This document shows positions 14,231-28,700 of a stretch of 64,000 nt of DNA, piece after piece; within the stretch, counting starts at the first letter, position 1, and every line of letters starts with the position of its first letter. Source of the DNA: the human T2T-CHM13v2.0 reference genome, Homo sapiens; NCBI RefSeq assembly GCF_009914755.1, contig NC_060947.1. One strand, given 5' to 3'. Both the position numbers and the translations under genes were made by a program. Below the pieces are notes generated by a model that saw only the letters and a program-made list of their open reading frames with translations, searched no databases and was not told where the DNA came from.

Positions 14231-14870
14231 GCCTCAGTGCTGGTAAAGCCTCGCACCTGGCGGCCCCGCCCCCGGCCCTGGCCAGGACCCTGAGTCTGCG
14301 CGCCCCGCCGCCCTGTCTGCGGTCCAGCTGGTTGCCATCTCTGCCGCTTCCCGCGACCTCAAGAGAGCCTCACCCGGGCCCAGCTGTCTGCAGGTTAACT
14401 AGGGTTTCCACCTGCATTGACCTGTGTCTTTCGCACCAGAATCTCCTGGGCTTGGGAATGGCTGGGGGCGGGGCGCTGTTGACTCTTCTAGGGAACAACC
14501 GGTGGGGCCTGAACCTCAGAAAGCGGGCGTCCAGGCTTGAGGGTGCGAGGACCACCCAGTAGCTGCCGAATCGAGTTCCTGCCTCACACGTTCCAAAGGA
14601 GGGTCCGTATCCCCTCGGCCCTAAGGAGCAGGACCCGCGGCTCCACTTTGCTGGCAACCTGGGCAACGTCCTGGGAACTCTGGAGGAACTCCTGCCATTG
14701 AACAAAGAGGAAACCGAAATTCGGAAATTGATTATCTTACATGAAGGGATTAGCGTTCCTCAAAGCCCCTTGAACCTACCCGGATTTTAAAGCTCACCTG
14801 TGCCCTGCCTGGGCACTCGGGCCAAAACCGGTCCAGCCTTCTGGCTCGTCTCTAAATAAATTTGGTTTAC
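13990..14870. promoter_or_regulatory. CpG-island-like region with GC boxes, probably a co-duplicated DPPA5 promoter
   Basis: Sharp rise in GC and CpG against AT-rich flanks. SP/KLF GC boxes lie at about 14263 (ggccccgccccc), 14302 and 14465 (gggggcggggc), just upstream of the DPPA5-like ATG. Confidence 0.7.
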
Positions 14871-15069
14871 TCGTTTTTTAAACATAGTGTTTGGAGCGAT
14901 GCACTGGATTCACTAGTTGAGAGTGTGATTTCACTGTTTTATGGCTTTACAGATGGTGATGAAGCTGGCATTTCCAGTCCTGGTAACATCTAATATCCCC
15001 TCAGCTGTCCATTATTGACGGCTTCTTAAGGCGGACCTCTTCACACACACAAAACAACTATGGGTTCTA

Positions 15070-15545
15070 TTGCAACCACCAGTGTAGTTAATTTAGAAAA
15101 CGATCATCACTGCTAAAACTATCAGATGAAGACTGTTGAGGAACTAGATAGTCACAAGGTTTGGAAGCCCTAGCCCACAGATTATGAATTACAAAGGAGG
15201 AAAAAAAAAGAACGTTCCTTTACAATAGAGACTTGGAAGAAGCCACCTTAACCCAAGTTAGCATCACCAATAATGGGAAAAATGGACTTCTGCTTCGTCA
15301 ATATCTGAAAACAAAAAGAGGACTGTTTTATTACTTGACTAAAGAGACTAAATGCTGTGTGCATGGTTCAAATAATTCTGAATCAAAGGTGAGGGGTTGC
15401 ATTTCAGGAAAAGGAAGGAAATTTTAGTATACCCTATATTGCAAAGTAGTATTAGAAACTTCTAGAGTGGAATAAGTGTACTACAATTATGTATAAGGTC
15501 ATTATTCTCAGGAGAAACATGCTAAAGTATGTGGAGTGAATTGGG
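15070..15545 (+). mobile_element. Old L1M (L1MC/ME) 3' fragment
   Basis: tttacaatagaga...caccttaacccaag...catcaccaataatggga motif. Confidence 0.55.
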
Positions 15546-15553
15546 TTTCTCTA

Positions 15554-15858
15554 TTTTTATTTTTTTAATTTAATTTTTTTGAGGCAGAGTCTCACTGTGT
15601 TGCTCACGCTGGAGTGCAGTGGCACTATCTCTGTTCACTGCAACCTCCGCCTTCCGAGTTCAAGTGGTTCTGCTTCAGCCTCCCCAGTAGCTGGGATTAC
15701 AGGTGCCAGCCACCATACCCAGCTAATTTTTGTATTTTTAGTAGACACGGGGCTTCACTATATTGACCAGGCTGATCTCGAACTCCTGACCTCAAGTGAT
15801 CTGCGCACTTCGGCCTCCCAAAGTGCTGAAATTACAGGCGTCAGCACCGCGCCTAGCC
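15554..15858 (-). mobile_element. Alu (AluS-like)
   Basis: Full-length antisense Alu. Confidence 0.95.
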
Positions 15859-15864
15859 AAATAA

Positions 15865-16161
<297 letters not shown>

Positions 16162-16339
16162 ATAATCAATTTTCAATTTCCCATCTCCCATTCCACCTGC
16201 AGCCCAAGCTCCATTTTTCCTGTCACCCAGACTCTTATGAAAAATAACCCTCGCTTCTACTTCTGTATACCTTACTTATTCCTAAACACATCATTCCATG
16301 GTACCTTCCTTTGCATTTCAGCAAAAGTCACTCTGGACT

Positions 16340-16514
16340 TGCTCCGTCCAATACAGAAGTCACTAGTCACATGAGGACTGGAAATGTGTCTAGTCTGATT
16401 TGAGATGTGCTGTAAGTGTAAACTACATGTAAGATTTTGATGACATTAATACCAAAAAATTAAATATTAACAATTTTAGATTGATTATATGTTTAAAAAA
16501 GAATAATATTTTGT
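16340..16514. mobile_element. MER33/MER3-like hAT-Charlie fragment, truncated
   Basis: gtccaataca...cactagtcacatg...gaaatgtgtctagtc...gagatgtgctgtaagtgtaaa. Confidence 0.6.
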
Positions 16515-17569
16515 TCTCTGAACTACAGCTATGTCTGCTGAAAATTGGGAATAATATATCTAAATCTATTTCATGAAATCAGGAATAATATATGTATAGT
16601 GTCTGATACATAGAAGACTCTTGAAATAGATCGATATATTGGCATATCTTTGTACTTCAGGAAGAGCCTATTCAGAGCCTATTCAGCCTTGTACATTAGA
16701 AGCATTCAAGAAATATGCATTGTAGAAACAGAAACTAAAGGCCAGATGCTAGTTAGTGGCAAAGGCAAGCCTCTTCACACTGCATGCTGTGACCTTTCTA
16801 TTCCTCCATGTTGCCAGAGCCAAGAGTTGATTAAATACTGGACAGCTGGCTTTGGCCAAATACTAAAAGAGCTAAAACGCACATGGAAGTTATGTTCAAT
16901 CACTTAGGACCTCCACCAACCACCTGGTTCCAAGACAGTCCACTTTTAGTCTCAGCCACTCCTAAAGCTTGTTCTTTGCTGTCATTAAACACATAAAGTA
17001 TGGATCTAATGCCGAGGAGATAGTACCCAGTGGTCCTCCAAAAAGTGGCAGCTTTAATATCTGATGTTTGCATCTTGCTGTTATTATTTATTGCAGAGTT
17101 TAACATTCATCATGGTTGGTTGCCCACTGCAAGGTTTGATCTGGATCAGTGGCTGATCATTCTTAATTTAGCTATTGAAATTAATAAGCGGACCATGCAG
17201 ACATAAGCTTTAGCTGTCACTTGTTTGCTCACTGCTACACAAAAGTGTGGAGACCGGAAGCTAATTCTACAGCAACGATTCTCCTGCTCAGAATCACAAA
17301 CACAATTTATTATACCCAGAACCTGCCCAAAACATTATTATAAAACCTTCCTCAAGCAGGTGGGATTAATTAGATCTTCCTTTCTCTCAGGCTCTTCCTT
17401 TATAGACACTCTTCCTTCTCCTTCCTTTTCCCACTCCTTTCCTTGGAAAAGATCATGTGAATAATGGTACAGGAAATTTGATCATTGTACTTTGCAAGGG
17501 AGCTTTCGTTTCCTTTAAGGATTATCCTTACTCCCAGGCAATGCTCCAAAGAGGCACTGAAGAAAATGA

Positions 17570-17917
<348 letters not shown>

Positions 17918-17927
17918 TTTAATGCAT

Positions 17928-18286
17928 TTTTTATTGTGGTAAAATATACATAACCTAAAATTTACTGCTAGTTACATTTAATACATTCATAATGTTTTGC
18001 AACCATCATCACTATCTAGTTCCAGAACATTTTCATTACCCCAAAATGAAACTTTATAATCATTAAGCATTTATTTCCCATCCCCCTTCTCCCCACCCCT
18101 AGCAACCACTAATCTGCTGTCTCCATGGATTTGCCTCTTCTGGATGTTTCATATAAATGGAATCCTGTAAGATGTAGCCTTTTGCATCTGGCTTCTTTCA
18201 CTTAATAACATATTTTCAAGGATCATTCATGTTGTAGTATGTATCAGTACTTCATTCCTTTTTATGGCTGAATAATATTCCATTAT

Positions 18287-18319
<33 letters not shown>

Positions 18320-18530
18320 ACTATTTGTTCATCCATTTATCCATTCATGCATATTTGGGTTGTTTCTACCTCTTAGTTCTCATGAATAGTGTTGCTGTAA
18401 ACGATCATGTACAATTTTTTGTTTGAACACCTGTTTTAAATTCTTTTGGGTATATACAGTACCTAGGAGTGGAATTGCTGGGTCATATAGTAACTCTATG
18501 TTTAACTTATTGAGGAATTGCCAAACTTAA
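17928..18530 (-). mobile_element. L1MB-like 3' end
   Basis: ttttattgtggtaaaatatacataac...gcaaccactaatctgct...ggagtggaattgctgggtcatat. Confidence 0.8.
18289..18318. repeat. (GT)15 microsatellite
   Basis: Read directly from the sequence. Confidence 0.95.
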
Positions 18531-18620
18531 CACATTTTTAAAAACCATTCTGGCCTGGCCTGTAGAATTCTTCTTATGTCTTTAATTTGAGTTCAGTGGT
18601 GCATAAAAGATAGCAATTAA

Positions 18621-18932
<312 letters not shown>

Positions 18933-21670
18933 TGAGAATTGTTAAATGATGAAGGAAACTTCATGAAGTGCAAAATGGCAGGGCCCAGGATTTCCTCCCT
19001 TTGGGTATAAGGTAAGAATCTAGCAAATACCACATAATACACCTCATGATGCTGTTACTGATCAGGATGGCTGGTCCATGTCTGTGAAGATCTGAATTGA
19101 AAACGAAAGTTTTTTATGTTCAGTATGTAAGTCGATAAAGGTGACATTATGACAAGAATCTTAAGAGTGGGATATATAAAATGTTTTGGAGTATTTTACA
19201 ACTATATCATAGGTTTGAGCATAGCGACAGAGATAATGAGCCTTTCCAACTATATTTCACATTTCAATTTGCTTTCTTTTCCACCTAGAAATAATCCAAA
19301 TGATTTTGCATGATATAGACAAGCCAATATATTTCCAATTCACTGTATCCCTTTTGTAATGAAATCTCCCACGCCACAAGGAATGCCAATTTGCTTAAAA
19401 CATCAGTTGCTTATCAGTATATTTCAAATGCCTCTTAATTTAAAATTCTTTTTCTGCCTATTTCAAATGTGTACGTGTATAAACACATGCACACACATAC
19501 ATTTTTTTCTTTTTTTCCAGTGAAATAAATAGAAAACCAAACACATACATACATTTTAAAGGAGAATCATATGCCACTTTTAAAACATCCTGACACCAAT
19601 TCTCTTATGAATTCTGTAAGAATGTTTGGGGATCATTATTTATCTTCAGTTTTTATAGAATAAAGGGTTTCCTAAGTCGATATTATGTAAATATTTGATT
19701 GAAGACACATTGAAATAATTCAGATGACTTTCTGAATATTGTCAGATTATGTTCATAATATAAACACAGGCATTTTAGTGTCACTAATATTTGATAGATT
19801 TGAGTCTTAGAGCCTTTGAAAACAATTTTATTCAATTTGTTTTAAATTAGGCTAATATTGAGCTTGATTTTTTCCTTTAGGCCAAAACCAGGTGGCTCAC
19901 TTGTGGCTTCTATTGTCTAATGATCATATTCAAGAAAGTGGAAATACCATTATCTGAGGATCAAGCTACTGTTCATTCAATCACTTACTAATAAATTCTC
20001 AGAATTCAAGGAAAATGCTATGGAGAGAGAAACTGCTCACAAGTGGGAACAATCTCAGATTTTAATATATCCGAAACTGAATCCAGAAAGCTTTGCATTC
20101 TATTTAGCAATAATAGTCACACACAGAAAAGGTTTATCTTTTCATGTGGCATGGGTAAGATTAAAAATATTAGCAATTATATTATTATCTATAAACACCT
20201 AAATTTGATATCTACAGAGGACAAGTGCCTAAACTCTGTCTATCCAACCTGCATTTTCATCCACTTTCAACATATTAAACACGTTCTGAGACATGCCTAT
20301 GAAAAGTGAATTGTGGCCTTTCCATGCTTAATTTGCTGCTTAATTGTGCATGATTTTATAATGCCCATAAAATAATACTTATAGGCATAACATTCCAAGG
20401 CAGCCTTTTTCAGAAAAGGAGAGTTCGATTTATCTCCAGATGTTTCTACCAAACATTTTCTTTTTTCTTTCCTTCACCCTTCATTCCCACTTCATTGTTG
20501 TGATTAACAGCGCAAAGCTCCGTAGCAGAAATTCATCAACTGATTCCTTCCACCTACCAAATCCACATTTTTCAGGTCTCAATTTGAGACATAATGAAAG
20601 TCTACTTTGCATAATTATCATATGAGACTATCTATAATTAAATGATGAAATGTGGTTATGCTCCAGTGTGTAGACGAGGCTTTATATGAACTGAAACTGC
20701 AAAGGTTTATTTATCTGCTTTAACTTTCATCTGGTGTTTGTGGAAGAAAAACAAAAACAAGCAATTTATTTCCAAAGGAGTTTAGGTCCCCAGTGGACAC
20801 CTTCTTTTTTAAAATTTCAGGAGAGAAGGTGATTTCTTGAATTGAGGAATAACTGGAGACTTTAATATGATTTCCTCCTCAGCGTCAATAAATATTGCTC
20901 ACAAGCTTTAAAAAATGCTAATTATCGACATTGCATTTTGAGTTTTGCCTTAAAAATATTTTCTAAAGATTTTAGGATAGCTTTTTAAATACCTGTAGAA
21001 AAACCCTTCTTATTATCATGCAAATTTAAAGCTTGGAAAAAAGCCTTTCAAAAGTTTCTCACCTTCATTCATAGTCTTGATTGATTGCCTTTCCATTTCT
21101 TCTAACTAGACAAAGTAAAGTTGACTATACCAAGTTTAATATGAAAACAATGATTCTAAAATTTATTCAAGGCAGGGAATAGCATCTCTGAGATTCTTTG
21201 TGAAACCCCATGAAGTATTGTTGGATTGAACCTTAAAAACAAAATAAGTAAGCTTGTCTAAATTATATCCTTATTTGCGAAGTATTCTTTGCACACAATT
21301 ATATGCCATACACTGTCAGAGACTGAAAATAAAGAGATGAATATTAAACAACCTTCAAGGAGTTCAGAATCCAGTAATATTCCATTCTAAAAGTGCCAAG
21401 GCTGCCTCTATCAGTGATTCACTAGGACAAATTCTGGAGTAAAGCTCCAATTTAGGTATGTTTCATCCACTGGCCTTTCCCACCCTAAATGTTGGGAAAA
21501 GGCCACCAACATGAAGCATTTGTGCTATTGACATGACTCTGAAAAGAGAGAAGCTTCCTCCAAGAGCCAAATGAAGAAGGAAGTTTAAGTATTAATCTTT
21601 AATATTTCCCTAATAATATTTTGGAAAATCATGCTCTATCATTTTTGCAAATGTGATGATTTCACATATA

Positions 21671-22117
21671 CAGTTGACCCTTGAACAGTGCAGGAGTTCA
21701 GAGGGCCGACCCCCAAAACAGTCAAATATTTGTATATAACTTTTGACTTCCTCCAAAACTTAAATACTAATAGCCTACTGTTGACCAGAAGCCTCATCAA
21801 TAACAGCAACAGTTGATTAGCACACATTTTGTATATTATATGTGTTATATACTGTGTTCTTACAATAAAGTTAGCTAGAGAAGAGAAAATGTTATTAAGA
21901 AAATTGTAAGAAAGAGAAAATATATTTACTATTAATTAATTGGAAATGAGTCATCATAGAGTTCTTCATCCTCATCATCTTCATGCTGAGCAGGCTGAGG
22001 AGGAGGAGAAAGAAGAGGAGCGGTTGGCTTTGCTTTTCAGGAGTGGCAGAGGTGGAAGAAAATCCATGTATATGTGGACCTATGCAGTTCAAACTCATGT
22101 TGTTCAAGAGTCAACTG
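21671..22117. mobile_element. Tigger2a-like DNA transposon
   Basis: TIRs cagttgacccttgaaca... and ...tgttcaagagtcaactg with TA flanks. Confidence 0.85.
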
Positions 22118-22127
22118 TACATCTATA

Positions 22128-22342
22128 TCTGAGGTCAGCAAACTATGGCTCAAAAGCCAAATCTGGCCCTCTGCCTGTTTTTATAAATAAAGTTTTATGA
22201 GAACATCAGCCATGTTCATTATTTATACATTATCTATGTCTGCTTTGTGCTACAATGGCAGAGTTAAGTCATTGTGATCAAGACCAGATGAGCTGCAAAG
22301 TCTATCTGGGCCCTTTACAGAAGAAGTCTGCCAAACCTCGAT
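22128..22342. mobile_element. MER58A-like hAT-Charlie element
   Basis: ggtcagcaaactatggc...aaataaagtttta...ccctttacagaagaagtctgcc. Confidence 0.8.
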
Positions 22343-22464
22343 CTAAATAACGTGCTTAATTTTGTATTTCTAGGCTTACCAATTTTAGACCTTATCTACT
22401 GATTACTTACTCTGCAAGATAAGGGCTAGCTCAGCTGCACCATACCCTACCTCCTTCTTGCACT

Positions 22465-23090
22465 TGTTGAGGCTCAGGACTTGATACCTCAAAGTATGGT
22501 GCCTTGGCATGCTGAGTACTTTGAACTAAAGAAGATTGGAAGGACCTCAGAAGCAAGGTCTCTCTGACTTTATCCTGCCCTTCTGTGTCCTGCCTCTCTT
22601 TCTGTCCCGAAGAGAGTCATAGAAACCAGATTTCCTCTTCTCCAAGACAGGTCGTAGGAACCAGAACCCATCTCCCACAATGCAAGCCATAAAACCTAGA
22701 AAGGTCACTGTCTCCCTTCTCCCTTGAAGACCTTCATTTTGGAGGAGTCCTGCCCCATACTCCAAAGGAAGGAAAGCTACAGAGACAGGTCAAGAAGTAT
22801 CTGGACAGACAGGCCTTGGTGGGTTTTTCCCTTAGTCTATTACCATTAGATCATACCCTTTTGTCTAATCACATTGCTACATGACTCTCTATTCTTCGTC
22901 GAACCTAATCATAAAAATAGACAGTATTCCCTGGGTCTTTGGGTCTTCATTAATGAAGGTTCCCATGTAATATAAAATGTTGATTAAATACATTTATGTT
23001 TTTCTCTTATTAACCTATCTTTGGTTATAGGAATGTCAGCCATGACCCTTATGATGGGCGAGGAAAGGTATCATTACCTTTCTGCCCCTA
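22465..23090 (+). mobile_element. ERV1 solo LTR (MER39/MER34/LTR29-like)
   Basis: TG...CA termini: tgttgaggctcagg...gtatggtgccttggcatgctgagtactttg...ctgcccctaca. Confidence 0.65.
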
Positions 23091-23149
23091 CACACTTCTC
23101 TTTCTCCAGTGTAATTCTGTAACTGCCAATTAGCTTTGTAATTTTAAAT

Positions 23150-25450
<2,301 letters not shown>

Positions 25451-25519
25451 CATTTCTATTCCATTGCACTATTTACTAGTTTCTTTTAGAGAATGTATTG
25501 TTCCGTAATGTAATGGTTC

Positions 25520-25700
25520 AGTGGGGACTCCCTTCACTGATACTTACTAACTGTCCAAAGTCCAGTTACTTTACCAATCTGTTCCTCAACTGTAAATGAC
25601 TGTAAGAATAACACCCACCTCATAGGTTCGTTGTGAAAATGAATGTGCTAATACATATAAATAATTGAGAGTAGCTCTTGGAAGGCTCAGTAAATGTTAG
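25520..25700. mobile_element. MIR
   Basis: ctcaactgtaaatg...aataacacccacctcatagg core. Confidence 0.6.
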
Positions 25701-28700
25701 CAGCAGCTGCTGCTGTTAAGGTAATGGTTCTTTTCTCCAGGGCCTAGCACAGTGCCTGATTAAACAAATCCAACTGAAAGGTTAGATAACATGAACGTCA
25801 ATTATTGAAGAGAATTGAATGTCTTCCTTGTGAGGAAGACAGAAAGGCATAAAGAGCTATAATGCCCTTTTTCCAAAAGTGAAGATGGATGGGGCAAAAT
25901 CTCCCAGAGTTTTATCCTGGGTCATTGATTTGTTTTCCCCACGGCTTGTGTGGCCCAGAAAGTAAGTCACACTAATAAAGGTCGAAAGCAGTTTTCAGCC
26001 TTTAAATGGAATTAAATGAATACTATTATGACAAGTTAATTAGATACCCATAAAACTGCTAAACATATGTCATTAAAAAGTCCATGCTCCAAATTTTGTT
26101 AAACATCAATTATGATCATAAGAAATCTGCATCTAGTAAAGTGGATACTGCTGACACATGTTAATTATTCTGGAAAATAATTGAGCTCTTTAAAAATTTT
26201 ACTATGCTATTAAGCATGTATGGCCTCTGAAAATTTGAGCTATTGTGAGCTTATCCAAATGAATCTAACAATATAAAATGAAGTAAAAATGTTCTTTGAG
26301 TTCTCTTAGTATGACAAAAGGCAAACACAAATTATTATTTTGAAGGGTCCATAAAATAAACTTGGTTTGAACTCTAAATGTTCAGGTAGGAAAGTTGCAG
26401 AGTCTCAGCAACTCCAGTCTGTGTTAGAGTGGCCACAGCAAAATAGAATAAAACAATGAAGAGCTGTTTTCTTTGTCCACAAGATGACGGTACATCACTT
26501 CTCAACAGTGCAACAGAAGGAAGGAGTTTTGAAATGCATGCCTCTAATCTATATGCATTCCAATTCTTGACAGTGGTCTTGATTTATGCCAATGTAATGG
26601 GAAATGTTAATTCAAGTCATCAAATTGTTTATCATAAAGAATTGCTATTGCTGCCCATAAATTGCTTCTTATCTGGGAACTCAGATGCTCAAGAAAATCA
26701 CCAGGGAATTAAAAAGATATAAGAGGCTGGTGAGAGTGACTGCAAATTACAGGCTATATGAGGGTCGGATACCTGATTCATCTCTTGAGCTCTTTCTCTG
26801 GGTGTCTCTCACTGAACCAGTGCTTTTCCAAGTGTGATCCTGAATTCTGCACCAGAATCACTTGGAATGCCTATTAAAACAGATTCCTGGGTAATGCTGG
26901 GCTCACTGGTGGGGAGAATTTCAGTACGATTTAGGTAAACTGGGCCTGGAAAATGAAATACTTTTAAGCAAATAGCACCAAAATTGATGTCAGGGATGCT
27001 ATTAAGGAAATAGCATCAAAATTGTTGTGCTTTCTTTAATTACTTTCATATTTGTATTTTGAAATGAATATAGGTAATGGGAAATTCATAATCTTGGAAG
27101 ACAGTGCTCATTCTACTCTCAGTGACTATTCTCTTCTCCCTGCTGAAATAGAAAGCCTTCCCTGCTTGAGTGGGTCTGAACAACTAAGTCCTCTGGTTTC
27201 CTCCCAGTTCACTTTCTCTTGAGGTTGACCTTGCTTATCAACACCTCTAGCTTCTAGCGGGAGTGCACTCTTGAAATCACAAGACTACCTCCAAGTGTCC
27301 AGGAAAGACCATTGACATGATCTGAAGATCCCTACCCCTGGATCCTACCCAGTATCTCAGAAGTCAGGGTTGAGAATACAAACTTTAGCTTACTGCTACA
27401 TAGTTTTCCAATGTGGTCATACCATTTATTCTCCAGGAACAGATTTTGATAAGGGTATTCAAAGTGTCCTATAGCATCTCTAGAATTCAATTCACAGTGG
27501 CTTACACTCATGTGGATAGCATACTGTTTACACTGATTATTATAATACCAAACAGAGCATATAATTCAGGGTATTTATTGTCTCTATTACTTGTCTTTTT
27601 AATTTATAATCACTGATAAGTCTCAATCTAAGCTTCAGTGTTCCTTGGGAGCAATGCCTATCTGGGGTTGATGGTAGGAGGGAAGGTTGAGAGCTACCAG
27701 CTCTGTTCAGCATCTCTATCAACCCATGGGTGTGACTTGATTATTATTGCCTCTGACACATTAGAGTATCATTAACATAAAAGTCATCTCTTAAACACAT
27801 TAAACTGAACTCAATTAACAGAATTGATTACCAGCCTAACTGTAGGGATTTTGCAGCTTTAGGGAAACTGACAAACATCTTGCCCTTTTAGATCCTACAA
27901 TCACATTCACAAAGCACGGTCAATAAACATTTTGCCAGCTCTCAATTTATCGTCTTTAACGAGGACAAAAATCTCTCTGGGTGGATGAACTGGCTGTTGA
28001 TAAAAGACTAATTGTGGAAATGGTTTTCAGTAGTGGTATTGACAAATAGAACTGAGTCCTTGAAGGATAAATTTGACCATGAATTAATGGAACCTGTCTT
28101 GGATGTTAATTTGTACAAGCCCTAATAGATCTTTGATTTATTGCATCTCATTTTCTGAAGTGGAAAGCATGACTGGAAAAATGTATCAGTCTAGATGTAT
28201 AAACCTCATGGTCCTTTGAACTGTAACCCTCAAAATGAATAATATTCTGATTCATAAATAACATTAATAACGTGTGCATTCCATTTAATGTTTAAGAACT
28301 CCATTAACCTTAGTTTCTAAGATATTCCACTTTTTCCATTGATAATCTCTGTTTAGAAATTATCTTCTAAAACCTGAAGGCATTTGCCAAAGTCCCATCT
28401 AGCTCTCAAATTTGGTGTTCTTCTCTCTCATAAATTTTACTATAGGTCTGTTGGTTTTGCTATGTGGTAATGTTGAACAAAGATAAAAGTTTACTGTGAA
28501 AACTTTGACAGAGAGACAAACAAAGAGAATGTCTCAGTTGAGATAAAAAGAGATCTCATTTCATTTAAATTAGGCAACATCCTCATTGTATTTCAAGGTC
28601 CGTATGTGGAAAATATGTCTTATCCGGAAAGGAATGCTTATTTAATAGGTATGTGTTTTTCAGGTTTTGTTTTTAATTTTTTGAGAATGTTGGTGTATAT

